DNA of 64,000 bases from Podarcis gaigeae. Its lineage: Eukaryota. The notes under the pieces are model-generated. The model was not told the DNA's origin and made no database searches. It saw only the letters and a program-made list of their open reading frames with translations. Positions 39,275 through 51,192 of the stretch are shown in pieces. The number at the start of each line of letters is the position of its first letter. Within the stretch, counting starts at the first letter, position 1. Location: the NCBI GenBank assembly GCA_964106915.2, contig OZ066923.1; one strand, 5' to 3'. The position numbers were made by a program, and so were the translations under genes.

Positions 39275-40020
39275 TGAGGTAGGGGCATAGGAAGCAATAA
39301 ACAACATTGAAACCTTTGGGGGAGATCAAACAGGCTACTTTATTGATTACAGATGTAAGGAGGCTTTCGCTTTAGCACTGGATATGCCATCTTGTTTGCT
39401 GGCTGATTATTTCCATCAGGGTCAATCCTGGGTTAAGGATCCCCATATGATGCACATCAAATACAAGTGACCCCTCCAGGATGCCAACTGGGGAGTTCCA
39501 TGGCCCATTAGCCCCTTTCTGGGTATACAGACAGAATCCTCCTCCTTGGACTCCATAACCAAGGTGCCCTGATACTTTGATCCTGAGAAGAGGGGGGCAT
39601 AGCTCCTTCACACACCCCTAATTAGACGAAGGATGCAACCCAATGCCTTTTCCCACCAAGAAGTTGTGGCAATTGCTGCGAGGCAGGGAAAACCTCTAAA
39701 CAAGCCCATTTGGTATGCAGGTAAATTCCTCCCAGGCCACAAATATGGCAACCGAGTCACTCCTCAACAAGGTCATAAACACATACACCACCTGCTTACC
39801 TTCAAGTGGAGCCAAAATTTATACAGAGTGGGAGGATGGGATGCTCAATGGGGATTGTTGGAAGGTGGCTTTTATAATTTGGAGACGTGGATCTGGGTGG
39901 AAACAGACTTCCCCAGGTCCATCTCCAAATTCCCACTCCACTGGCCTCTGATTGGTCAATTTAATGTCAAAAGAGGTAGGAGAGTCCTGTCACTCTCCAC
40001 CACCAACCAGGGCTGATGAC
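39275..40020 (-). mobile_element. LTR-like terminal repeat remnant (solo LTR or DIRS/Ngaro-type)
   Basis: On the minus strand, in order: CCAAT (39951-39955), TATAAAAG (39869-39876), GAAG|GTAAGC, and AATAAA (39339-39344) followed by a GT-rich tract; boundaries approximate, no TSD found. Confidence 0.4.
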
Positions 40021-40582
40021 ATTGGCCAGCCAATAGCATGGGAAGCTTTTCTCGCCCCTGCCCATAAGTTGCCCACAGCTGTACAAGGCGGCAACTGCTG
40101 CCGCTGTCAATAATGATATTTCTGTTTTCTATTACTATTCCAAAACATACAAATATATCAGTAACCCTCAAAACCTATGGGTATCTTCTTCTTCTCCTCC
40201 TCTTCTTCCTCCTCCCCCCAGACTATTAGAACTTACAATATGAAGATAAATTTGTACCTAGAAATTACGCTTGTAAGCAACAGTTCAAATAGCAGCTTCT
40301 AATTTCTCAAGCAGGTTCAATGGGGAAACAATTCATTTCTTGTTCACTGTGATTCCTGACATCACTTGAACAACACCGAAAGAACGGCCAAAAGTACATG
40401 CTGTTTTACCAGTCATACCAGACTGGAACTCAGCTACAGAGTTCAGCTTGGTGCTGTCAGACTAACTAAACATCCCCATAAATCTTTCAATTAGATAAGT
40501 ACTAAAAAATGGTCAAAACATTGTTTTTAAAAAACAAAAATGGTGGACATAAAGCACAAAGGGCAAATGAAGTAGGAAAATA

Positions 40583-40808
40583 CAGTGGTACCTCGGGTTA
40601 CATATGCTTCAGGTTACAGACTTCACTAACCCAGAAATAGTACCTCAGATTAAGAACTTTGCTTCAGGATGAGAACAGAAATCGCATGGTGGCAGCGCGG
40701 CGGCAGCAGGAGGCCCCATTAGCTAAAATGGTGCTTCAGGTTAAGAACAGTCTCAGGTTAAGAACGGACCTCCGGAACAAATTAAGTACTTAACCAGAGG
40801 TACCACTG
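40583..40808. mobile_element. Tc1/mariner MITE, family A
   Basis: TIR CAGTGGTACCTC, TA TSD. Confidence 0.9.
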
Positions 40809-43191
40809 TACACACAAAAGCAGTGCACCAAAAGATAATTAATGGAGGCCAAATTATTATGAAGTTTTAAGATGTTTGATGCAACATACTCTGTCCTTTC
40901 TGCTACCTACATGCTGCGCAACAGAGGGTGGGTGATCATGGCTAGCTTCTTGGAAATGCTCAAGTATGCTGAACCATTGACCAAATGAGGTTCAGTCAGA
41001 TGCATTCAGGTCAGGCAATTCTATTCCTAAAGTGCAGTACCCAGCATGGTGACCTTTTTTGGGTGGCAGTAATAAGAAAAGGTCAGGAATGCATACTTGG
41101 TTGGTAACCTGCAGCAGCATTTTTAGCTAGATAAATAGGAAAGAGTTTGCAGGGAAACAGAGCCTTTATGAAGAGTGATTTTTGTCTAAACTGCAAAAAC
41201 AATTGGCTGGATGTGGTGACCTGAAAGGTTAACAAGGCAGCTCAACAAGAACAACCCAAGGGATCCAATTCACACAACAGGATAGGGGGGTGGGAGCAGA
41301 CAGAGAAGGTCTAATATTATTCACATTCCTCTTGCCAGTATTAACCTCGTTGAAGAAAGAAGGCAATGTCAGACTTAGGACCAATATCAAAAACCAGACC
41401 AAGGTTTTAGAACTAAAAGATTTGTTCCCAATTTCAAGCAGGATGCCTACAGGTGCACAAAGCATTGTGCGCTTATCAATTTCTTTAGACCTTTCACTGA
41501 GATTGATGCTGTTTGATAATTCCAAATTCCACTAAACGTTAGTGTTCAGATTTAGAAGTTGGTGTCTTCCCCTCCTTTGGGCTCCTATGTTGTCTGGCAG
41601 AAAATCGTTGGACATAAACATTACTCTTTCTGCTTCAAAGATTTTTTGAAACGAGAACACGGCCATAGTTAACAGTAAACCATAGGTAACATGGGGGGGA
41701 GCTTTTAAAAATAATCACAATAATCTCAGAACAGAAACTTTGGACCACAATGTGCCCTCGCCCCAAAGTTTATGCGAGACATTTGAATCTTGCATTGTTG
41801 ACTGCCTGCCTGCCAGCACTTGACATTAAAAGAAGTTTCTAAGCGGCCGCTAAGGTCTTATGCAATTCATGTTGCTATAAACAGTCACCCGAAATAAATT
41901 TAAAATCTACCATTGTGGAAAAGCAGATTTTACTCTCTCGATCTGCCTAATGCTTTGTTGTGCATGTTTCTGTCCATCCAATTTGCATGGCACTTTATCA
42001 CGAGGCAATATTTTCACGAGCTAAACTGTTAAGAGCCCCCTGCTGCAGAAAATCTCTGGAGTAGAAGTACTTTGCGGTCAAGCGTGCAATGACAACAGCT
42101 GAGGACAATATGCAGTCCTCTAACACTTTTATTTCCCCAGCTCACAATCCTGATCTTCGTCCACTTTCCTGAACAAACCACAAAGACTTACTCTCAAGCA
42201 AGCATGCACGGGTTCAAACTGCATGCCTCACCATACAGCTCCATTCCTTTCTAACCAACAACTCAGAAGAAAAACGGTCTTCAGCACACTGAGTTCAATG
42301 AAATCGAGCACTCTTTTGAGTACTAAAGCAACACGTTCTTGCCTGCATCTTCACTTATGTGCAGAGCTTTTTACAGCCATGGCACGAAAGTGAACTTCTA
42401 ACTGCACCTGCAGGGCACGAGATCAGGCTGATGGTTTAGGGAATATTAAGGAGCTTTCTGAGCACACCTGCGCTTTGCACCTGGGTTTGCGCAGGAAGCA
42501 GAGCTCATAGTTATTCCCGACAAGTTCATTGTCATCCCTACCTAATGCGCACATATTACACCTCGTATGTATTTTTGAACCTTATCATCATCGGTATTCC
42601 TTGCTTCTGTACTATACAAGAAATTGCAGTTGCATATTGAATTGTAACTGGAAGTCTGGCACATACGGATGAGTGTTGCTTGCTTTGTTGTGTAGAAACT
42701 TAACTTTGAGATACAAGAAGGCCATCATGCAGTTTGTCTGCTCTTTGTGGGATGTAGCAGCTGCTCCCAAGAAGACAGCCAAGCAGTAAATCTATTTGAC
42801 CAACCACCCTGTACACCATTGCACACACCACTGCCTCGCTGCTTGGCCTCATGCTTCTATTGAGAAAACACACTGCACCACTGAGTTTGATGTGTGAGCG
42901 CCATCCCCTTTGCTATCCCAGCTGTTCTTGAATGATAGCATGAAAGAGCTTTGCCTCCTGAGTGTCAACACTTTGACCTTACGTGTTCCAAGTAACATAC
43001 AGGCTTCTTCAAGTGCCAAACAAGCCTCCTATGCTAAGAATCATTTTAGCAGGCTCTGCTGCTTCGTTAAGCCACAACAGTTACCTGCACTTCAGACTGC
43101 ACCAGAAAATTCAGGGATAGGGACATACATTTTATTTCTGTAGCATCAGAACCACATAGTTTCTTTTGTCAGTCCTCCACTGACTAACCAC

Positions 43192-43873
43192 TAGGGATGG
43201 AGAAGTTCGATTTTGTTTGCATTTTAACAAAAAACTACTTATTCTACATCTCTCAAGCTGATATGCAAACCAAATCCCAGCTATGCTTTGAAATTCGCAC
43301 TTCTTTGAAATTTGCGATGTAGTTCTCCAACCAAACACTTGTGCACAAAAATGAATATATTAGGAAGGAAAGCACATAGGAATGCATGTACAGTGGTACC
43401 TCGGGTTAAGAACTTAATTCGTTCCGGAGGTCAGTTCTTAACCCAAAACTGTTCTTAACCAGAGGTACCACTTTAGCTAATGGGGCCTCCTGCTGTTGCC
43501 GCGCCGCAGGAGCACGATTTCTGTTCTCATCCTGAAGCAAAAGTCTTAATCCGAGGTACTATTTCTGGGTTAGCGGAGTCTGTAACCTGAAGCGTATGTA
43601 ACCTGAAGCATCTGTAACCCGAGGTACTACTGTATTAGTGAAAATAACCATTCGAAATGCATTGCGTTAGCGGAAATTGCTTGCAAAAATTGGCATATTG
43701 GTCAAAGCTGCGCACAAAAAAAATGTGTTTATAAGGAGAAATTCAAACTGAAATGCAGACAAAAATTCATGATTTTTTAAAAAGCAAATTACCATGGAAT
43801 TCTGAATAACTGAATAGTTGGGTGGAGACTGAAAAAGTTAGAGAACTGAAATTGACAGATTTATTCATTTTCG
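43192..43873. mobile_element. Old non-autonomous hAT-like element hosting a family-A MITE
   Basis: TAGGGATGG left end; 8-bp flanks CTAACCAC/CTAAGCAC; its right part is homologous in reverse to 62707-62900. Confidence 0.65.
43391..43632. mobile_element. Tc1/mariner MITE, family A (nested)
   Basis: TIR CAGTGGTACCTCGGGTTA, TA TSD. Confidence 0.9.
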
Positions 43874-43971
43874 CTAAGCACACAATACTTTGTATCTCCT
43901 TACACTAAAACAAAAGAGAAGATTAAGATCGGAGAAAATCAAAACACAGCTGCACAACGAAGTAAAATGTA

Positions 43972-44198
43972 GGGCAGTATGCAACAAAGTTGTTCCATTA
44001 GCACAAGGACTTTGGGTTGCACAACAGAACTTCTCCTTTCTCTCCTCCCCCCCCCTTCTCCAAAATCTGTTCGGGGGTTCTCTGAACCCTGTGCACCAGA
44101 TTTGAGGAGGGTAGAAGGGAACACAGGGGCAGAAGAGGGGGTGAAGTTCTGCTGTGCAACCCATTGTGCTAGCAGAACTACTTTGTTTGATAGCACCC
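43972..44198. mobile_element. Old palindromic MITE-like element
   Basis: Inverted arms GGGTTGCACAACAGAACTTC / GAAGTTCTGCTGTGCAACCC with outer AACAAAGTTGTT / AACTACTTTGTT. Confidence 0.55.
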
Positions 44199-46194
44199 AT
44201 AGAATTCAGGTCAGAACCATAGCTTCTGGTGAGGCAGATGTATTTCTAGAGCAAGCCCAGGAACTGCTTTAGTTAGTGTAGTTCCTTTTACTTAACGAAA
44301 ATATATGGGAGGTGGACATAAAGCAGTGGGGGGGGGTCCATATGCCATAGGGCAGTAAACTGTCACTCCCTCTGTACACTGGAGGCCTTCTAGCTGTTGG
44401 AATGAAGTCTACGATAGCCCTATCTGTGCTTATCGATTTTGAATTGCTAAAGCCACTCTAAACGACGTAGTTAGCCGGCTATAATGCTGCATTCCCCTCT
44501 CGGCCTAATCTTGGTTTGCCTTCAAATACGCATACATTTCTTATCTTCTTCTTTCTTATCCCTAAACTAAATATTTAGTAGCCCTCTGTAAGACTCCTCA
44601 CCACCAATTCTCAATTTTGAGTTAGGAAAGGAGCCATCACTGGGGACACTAATGATTTCTTTGTCTTTGACACACATTCCTCTTCCTCTGGAAAATGAGA
44701 AGAAAAAGAGGAAAGGGGCAGAGAGGAAAGATGAACGTAATATAAGGAGATGGTGGAGGAGATACAAGACAGACAAGAGGATGGGATAAGCAATGGCCCC
44801 CTCATAGCTGCAAATGCTCATTTCAAAGTCTACACTCAGGTATAGTTTGCCTAGCCGCTTAACCCAACATAAGCCTGCTATGGCCTACTATAAAATAGGA
44901 TGAGCTTCACGGGAAAGCCCCTATGATACAAAGCTTATCTTTCAGGAACAGAGATAATAAAGTCAGGAGAAGGAAAAGACAACACCGTACAATTGCCGTT
45001 GCAGAACAATAAAGCAATGGTGAGAGGACTGACTCACAAACAGAAGCACAAATGTTACTTTTCAAAATGTTGATTCTCAGCTAGATACTTGCTCTCATGT
45101 ACACATAATAGCCATTTGTGGCACATTGAGAGTCTAAAGCAAAAAGGAAAAACTGTTTCCCTCCCATATATAAACGCTTTTCTATATGATCCCCTGGAAG
45201 TGATTCTTACTTGCCTCAATGGTTGGCCAAGTAGCCTTCTATTATAAGCAGTTTATCTCATCTCATTACAATTCCTACAATTCCACTGATATTACATATT
45301 TGATCTCTTCCTCCTGGTGTGCCCACCAGTACATGCTTGTGCATGTAAATGGGAGTCTTAAAAAGAGATATTAAAACATAGTCACTCAGAGGTAAATATC
45401 ACTGACTTCAATGGAATTTACTTTCACATACATGTTGTTAGGACTGAAATCCTAGTGTCCAAAACACACACATGGCTGTGCTTTATCAATATCACGCACC
45501 AGCTATTCTCTACGATCTACAAAATTTGAAACTACACCCAAAACTAAGAGCTAAAATTTGACTGGATCAATGCTGCTCAACACAACACATACCTTCTCCT
45601 TCAGTTCCGGAATGAGAACTTGCAGGAACACATGCAAACATAATGGAACAGGTAAAATGTGAGAATGCCCACCCCCACACCATTCTTACTTTAACCTTCC
45701 GTTAGTACCTTAGGCAACTGTCAGCATTTGGCTTCTTGCTAAAGCTCCGTTTCTTGTGAGCTTACAACTGTAGCCTGCGAGTTTTCAAACTGTTGGGCAG
45801 AGAGCCCAAGTGCACTTGCATAAGAGTTTAGGTGCAGCCTTTGGCGACAACCCAAAAGGTCTTTTGCTTGAGAGAACTATATCATTTTAGACTCCTGGTT
45901 ATTTCCCTGGGACTGTTGCGTCCCAGGACACAACATGGATTAGAAAAAAAGATTGTACATGAATAGCACAGCACTGGCACTGAAAGCTCAGATTCTTTTC
46001 TTTTTTAAGGGCAAGGTAGACAGCAATTCACTAACAGAAAAGATTTGTCATTTATGGACATGATGACTTATGTATGTAGGTGTGGGTTTTTTGTGTCTTT
46101 ATAAATTGATTTTTTTAAAAAAAATGTATAAAGAAGCAAAGTTACTGCTTAAGATTCGTCTAACACAAATAGCATGCTAAATAACCAATTTGTA

Positions 46195-46439
46195 CAGGGG
46201 TACCTCAGGTTAAGTACTTAATTCGTTCCAGAGGTCCGTACTTAACCTGAAACTGTTCTTAACCTGAAGCACCACTTTAGCTAATGGGGCCTCCTCCTCC
46301 TGCTGCTGTGCTGCCGGAGCACGACTTCTGTTCTCATCCTGAAGCAAAGTTCTTAACCTGAAGCACTATTTCTGGGTTAGTGGAGTCTGTAACCTGAAGC
46401 GTATGTAACCTGAAGTGTATGTAACCCGAGGTACCACTG
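46195..46439. mobile_element. Tc1/mariner MITE, family A
   Basis: TIR CAG(G/T)GGTACCTC, TA TSD. Confidence 0.9.
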
Positions 46440-47486
46440 TATATTAATCACTGTGAAGCAAAAGTCTGCAATGGCACATTCTTCTCCCCACATTTGAGTG
46501 CCTCTCTGCAAGTCTGTTTTGAAATGCGGAGCTCAGAAAACCACAGGAAGCTCCAGGTGTGTGGACATCTATGCTGAACCCATGATGCTCTACCTATTGT
46601 TGCACTGTAGTAGTAGCAGTAGCAGGGGGCCCAAAATTGCACTGGCTGTGGAGGCCAGTGCATACATGGTTGTAGGACTACAGAACTTGACTCCCCACCC
46701 CCAACAAGCTTTTCTTGTCATTTTCTCTGCTGAAATGCATGACACATGTGACAAGTCTCATTTTAAGGGTGTTTTCTATTTATTACTGTAATCATATGAA
46801 GCCTTCATGGATCACTGGACCATCTAGCCTAGTATGAGCTACTTTGTCTGGTGACAAGGGTCACAGCCAGAGTTCTTTCACAAGTTTGCCAAATGGAGTT
46901 ATTTAACAAGAGATGCCCTTGATTGTTAACTTGAGGGCTGCCATTCTTCTGTACGAAACAAAGTAACTGCAACAAATTCAGATTTTTCTTTTAGAAGATC
47001 AGCCGACCTTTACCAAACAAAAAGCCTAGATCACCTGTGTCTCTCCAGCGTTAATTATATCTTCCTTTTGTATTTTGCTGTGCATGGTTATGGTGCATTG
47101 TACGGTTTTATTTCTGATAAAAGTTCAATGGATGTCAGGACCATTCAGCCCTTGAGGGCACCATCTTGACCTGTGGTGCCCAAGGAATCAGGTGAGATTC
47201 ATCAGCAGGTTTCACTAGAGGGTCTACTACAGGCAGGGCCAGACCTACTATTAGACAGTGTGAGGAAGCTGCCTCAGGAGGCAAATGCTGGGATGGTGCA
47301 ACAAGATGTTAAGAGGAAAGAGCTCCATGTGATCTGCCTTGTGCCCCTAAGCTAGCCTGTTGCTTCAGGTTCAGCAAAGGATGCTGAAGATGCAACAGCC
47401 AATCTGGCTCACCTTGGTACTAAGAATGGGAATGACTTCTTGTCCTCTGCCTCAAGCAGCAAGATGACTTGGGACTCTTCTGACTA

Positions 47487-47624
47487 CAGGGATGGGGAAC
47501 CTATGGCCCTGCAGATGTCACTGGACTCCAGCTCCCATCAGCCCCAGCCAGTATGACCAATGGCCAGGAATGATGGAGACTGGAGTCTAATGGCATCTTA
47601 AGGGTCACAGGTTCCCCACCATTG
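47487..47624. mobile_element. Diverged palindromic hAT MITE
   Basis: CAGGGATGGGGAACCT...AGGTTCCCCACCATTG ends; same core as 13076 and 15792. Confidence 0.75.
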
Positions 47625-47964
47625 ATGCACCGCTTATTGACCATGGGTCCTGATGTAAAACAATGCAATTCAGATGGTTTTGAGAAAACATTTTCTGTTC
47701 TTAATACCATTTCTATGTCGCTGTTTCTTTAAAGCCTCAGAAACCACTCTGCTTAAATAAACGATTTCCTTATCAACAGCTCTTATATTAAGGTTGTGTG
47801 GTTTAAGTTTGAGGAAAGGAAAAAGTGAAGTTGAAATGGAACTGGCTAAACTGGTTTGGTTAAATATTTCTATATTCAGGGCAAGATTGACCGCTCCCCC
47901 ACCCACCCAGTTCAGCCCAACTACTATATGATGCAATGCTTGTTTTTCATACTTTTGGAACAAA

Positions 47965-48050
47965 GCACTTCATGCACCTAGAAGTAGGCTCCTGGAAAGC
48001 TTAAGTAACAACAAATGTATCACGTTTTTAAGGTGTCCTTAGACTCTTAC
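47965..48050 (+). mobile_element. Possible Penelope-like terminal fragment
   Basis: GAAGTAGGCT...GAAAGCTTA...TTTAAGGTGTCCTTAGACTCTT resembles a recalled reptile Penelope terminus. Confidence 0.4.
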
Positions 48051-49278
48051 TGGAGTCGACTCCTAAGGCCACCACTATTCAGAGCCTCACATATAAGTCC
48101 CAGCAGCAAAGCCACTATGCTGACGGTCCCCTATAAAGCCAATGACCTTGCAAATGAAATGAATTGAGGACCACACGTCCATGACATAACCCACCATCCT
48201 ACGTTAGATTCCTCCTTTACTGCCTGATCTATTTACTCAGAAGGAAGCTCCCTCCAGATCCGTGGAGCCGATTCCCCCCCCCCCCCCGCGCAAAAAAAAA
48301 ACGTGCACACGATTTCTTTGGACAGCTCCGGAGCTCCGCAGGCGGCGCGCAACGGAAACTGCCCGGCAAGGTCAAACTGCCCTGCGGAGGCGCCAGGAAT
48401 GAATGAGGAGGCTGCATCTGCGAGGAGCCTGGCGTGCCCTTCTCCGGCGTGCGGGCCGACGGCGGTGCCAGCGGCTGCTGCGCCGCGCTCCACGTGGCCT
48501 GGCGCCCGCCAGAGCCAACCGGCTGCAGATTGCCGGCCAAGCCCCCTCTCTCGTGACGTCGGCATCCCTCCCTTCGCCGACCGATCGAGTTCTCGCTTCC
48601 TTCATCCCCTGGCAAGCCTTGCTGGCCGCCGCGCGCCTCCCATTGGCCGCCGCCGAGGTGGGGCCTTGGAAACCAGGAGACGCGCTGCGCAAAGGCAGGC
48701 CATCCACGCGCGCCTCTGACGCGCCGCCTCCCCGCCCAGCGCGAAGAGCATCATCCGGCTCCAGGCGCCTGACCCTTGGAGGATTTGACTACCAAGAAGC
48801 AGGGGGGGGGTGGAGAAAGAAAAGCCAGCCCCACGCAGACCTGCCTGGCCAGAAATACGCCGCCTGATCCTAGCCACCCCGAGTCCCCTCGCGGCGCGGA
48901 GGCGGAGGCAAGGGCCGCGCTGGGCAAGGAGCTCCAGAAGGAGACCCGCGTGCACACGCCTTAGCCACCTCCTCCTGCTGCGGCAGCGCAGACACAAAGG
49001 CGCACCAGCGACGTAGCGGCACGCGTTCTGCCTACCCACCCACCAACCCACGGTGCCCGGCCCAGGCAAGCAGCTGCTTCTTTCTCCACCGTGCCACCCA
49101 TTCCCCCATTCAAAATGGCTCCTTTGGGTGTGGGGGGGGGGGAGAGAAAGAAGAGCCCCTCTCCGAAAAGCAGCAGAGCTGCAGGCGTGCTTTAGGGACT
49201 GGAACCGGAGAGCAACGTGATTGGGGGGGAGGAGAAGGGGGAATCGGTTGTGATCGGGCGCGCACAAGCAACGTGGTG

Positions 49279-49445
49279 CAGGGGTGCCAACTTGAATAAA
49301 ATGTTGGGGGCACTCAGGTGAGCCCCAGGCCACATGACGACGCAGCGCGCGCGCGCGCGCACCACGGCAATGCCCATCCACTTTGAGAGCGGCCCCTCCA
49401 ATAAATTATGTTTTGGGGGGGGGCTTACGTGGGAGTGGCTCTAAG
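49279..49445. mobile_element. hAT-like non-autonomous element inside the CpG island
   Basis: CAGGGGTGCCAACTTGAATAAAAT start; colinear with the pieces of the 50755-52136 host element. Confidence 0.65.
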
Positions 49446-49833
49446 GGGTGTATGGTGGTTCGGATGGGCATCTGTCACTTGGGTCTACGGGGATGAGTGG
49501 CATTGCGCTCTCTCTCCACGGGGTACATCTCTGGAGGTCACTGATCGGACGGGGGCAGCCAGGGAGGCGAGCTCCGACTGCGCTCCCCATCCATCCGTCC
49601 CTAAGGCCGGTGGTGGCCAAGCCCTTCTCATCCACGGGGGCGCGGGGGGTGGGACACCGTGTTCTGCTTGCAACTCCGCGCTGCTCCTTTGGCGGCGGAC
49701 GCCGTTCATAGTGTGGGTCTCCCGCCCACCCCGCACCCCTCGCGCCTGCTCTGCCCGCTTCCCCCGTGTGTGATGCATCATCCACAGTGTGAGCTCGGAC
49801 TTGGGCGCCTCGCATCCCAAAGCCAACGCGATC

Positions 49834-49864
49834 GCGGCGGCGGCGGCGGCGGCAGCAGCAGCAG
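49834..49864. repeat. (GCG)6(GCA)4 trinucleotide tract
   Basis: Direct inspection. Confidence 0.85.
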
Positions 49865-50079
49865 ACCAGGCGCTCTTCTCGTTGCTTAAGCGACACCATT
49901 CCGACACAGTTAGCAACACACTCGGGCGGCAGAAGCAGGGACATTCAAACACGAAGCGGCGGAGACAATGGGGCTGGAACAGACGGCGGCCCCCTTCTGC
50001 CTAGAAACCCGGCCGCCCTGCCCATCTATTTGGTTAATTAAAAAAAAAAGATGAACTGGATGGCTCCGTTTTACGTTAC

Positions 50080-50173
50080 CTGGCTTGGTCTCCCTCTCTG
50101 TGTGTGTCTAGTTTGGGTGGGCTGGTCCTAATCTTCCAGCCGCCGCCGCCGCCGGTTCCTGCTCGCTGCCACT
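50080..50173 (-). other. Putative non-coding first exon of an unidentified minus-strand gene; 5' boundary uncertain and may extend upstream
   Basis: CCAG|GTAACG donor at 50080/50079 inside the CpG island; AT-rich TATA-like tract at 50189-50201, about 26 nt upstream of CCAGT; no ATG in this segment. Confidence 0.55.
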
Positions 50174-50796
50174 GGCTGAATGGGGCGATATTTATTTATT
50201 TCCCCATGACGTGGCCTGCAGAGGCCGCCGCCGCCGCGAAAGAAAAGAGGCGGCACGAAAGACGCGGGGCCTTTTGTGCGCCGCGGCCGCCTCGGGCTGG
50301 AGTCGCTCGGAGGCCGCGCGCGGAAGAAAGAGGAGGAGGCGCGCCGCCGTCCTCTCCGCCACCTGCCCCTGCCTGCTTTTTGTTGCCGCTCCGAGGGGGA
50401 TTGGTGTCAAGGGCAGCCGGGGAGGCTCGACCAGGAGCCGCTGCCACCGCCGCCGCCCTCGCCGAGTGGGGCGGAGGCTGCCGGGCGGCGGGGAGGCGCC
50501 TGCTGCCTGAGCCGCAACATCTCCAAGGCTCCCGGCGGCGGGAGAGGAGAAGAGGCGAGGCGAGGACGCGGCGGGGAAGGCAGGGCCCGGCGGCACGCGA
50601 GTGGCCGAGCCATGAGCGCGCCTAAGGACGCTGAGCTGCGCCCTGAAGGGTTTGGGGGTGTTGGAGGGGGACACAAATTGCCCCATAACTAGATCAGGAT
50701 CGTAGGGACAGGATGCGGGGGGCAACGCACTGGATCCTCGGCCACGCATCCAAGCACTGGTGCTAACTTGAATAAAATACAGTGGTACCTCGGGTT

Positions 50797-50970
50797 GTCT
50801 TTGTCCATGGAGTTTTCTTGGCAGGGATACTGGAGTGGCTTGCCGGTTCCTGCTCAGGTGGATCACGTTTGGTCAAAACTCTCCACTATGACCTGTCCAT
50901 CTTGGGTGGCCCTGCGGCATACCTCATACCTTCTCTGAGTTATTCAAGCAAGGCAGTGATCCATGAAGGG
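50797..50970 (-). mobile_element. BovB (RTE) 5' UTR segment, inverted relative to the adjacent 3' segment
   Basis: Minus strand reads ATGGATCACTGCCTTG...GCAGGGCCACCCAAGATGGACAGGTCATAGTGGAGAG...GGCAAGCCACTCCAGTATCCCTGCCAAGAAAACTCCATGG, the recalled BovB 5' end (Bov-A left-half homology). Confidence 0.8.
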
Positions 50971-51192
50971 GCCACCTCTTGAGAAGAGAAGATTCCCTGG
51001 AAAAGACCCTGATGTTGTGAAAGATTGGGGACACAAGGAGAAGGGGACGACAGAGGACGAGATGGTTTGACAGTGTTCTCGAAGCTACAAACATGAGTCT
51101 GACCAAACTGTGGGAGGCTGTGGAAGACAGGAGTGCCTGGCGTGCTCTGGTCCATGCTGTCATGAAGAGTCGGACACAACTAAACAACAACA
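50971..51192 (+). mobile_element. BovB (RTE) 3' end with (CAA)n tail
   Basis: GHLLRREDSLEKTLML*KIGDTRRRGRQRTRWFDSVLEATNMSLTKLWEAVEDRSAWRALVH; TSD ACCTCGGGTT at 50787-50796 and 51193-51202. Confidence 0.92.

Larger units (their letters stand above)
48255..50750. promoter_or_regulatory. CpG island promoter region
   Basis: Abrupt rise in GC and CpG density, (CCG)n tracts, and GC-box, CCAAT, CRE-like and E-box motifs against a CpG-depleted background. Confidence 0.92.

Noticed and set aside
50080-50173. Assigning a gene symbol to the host gene
   Set aside because: No coding exon was recognised and the first-exon sequence could not be matched reliably from memory.
48229-50866. Many long overlapping ORFs on both strands (up to 259 aa)
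   Set aside because: Stop-codon scarcity in a CpG island; low-complexity Arg/Ala/Pro/Gly translations with no recognisable domain.
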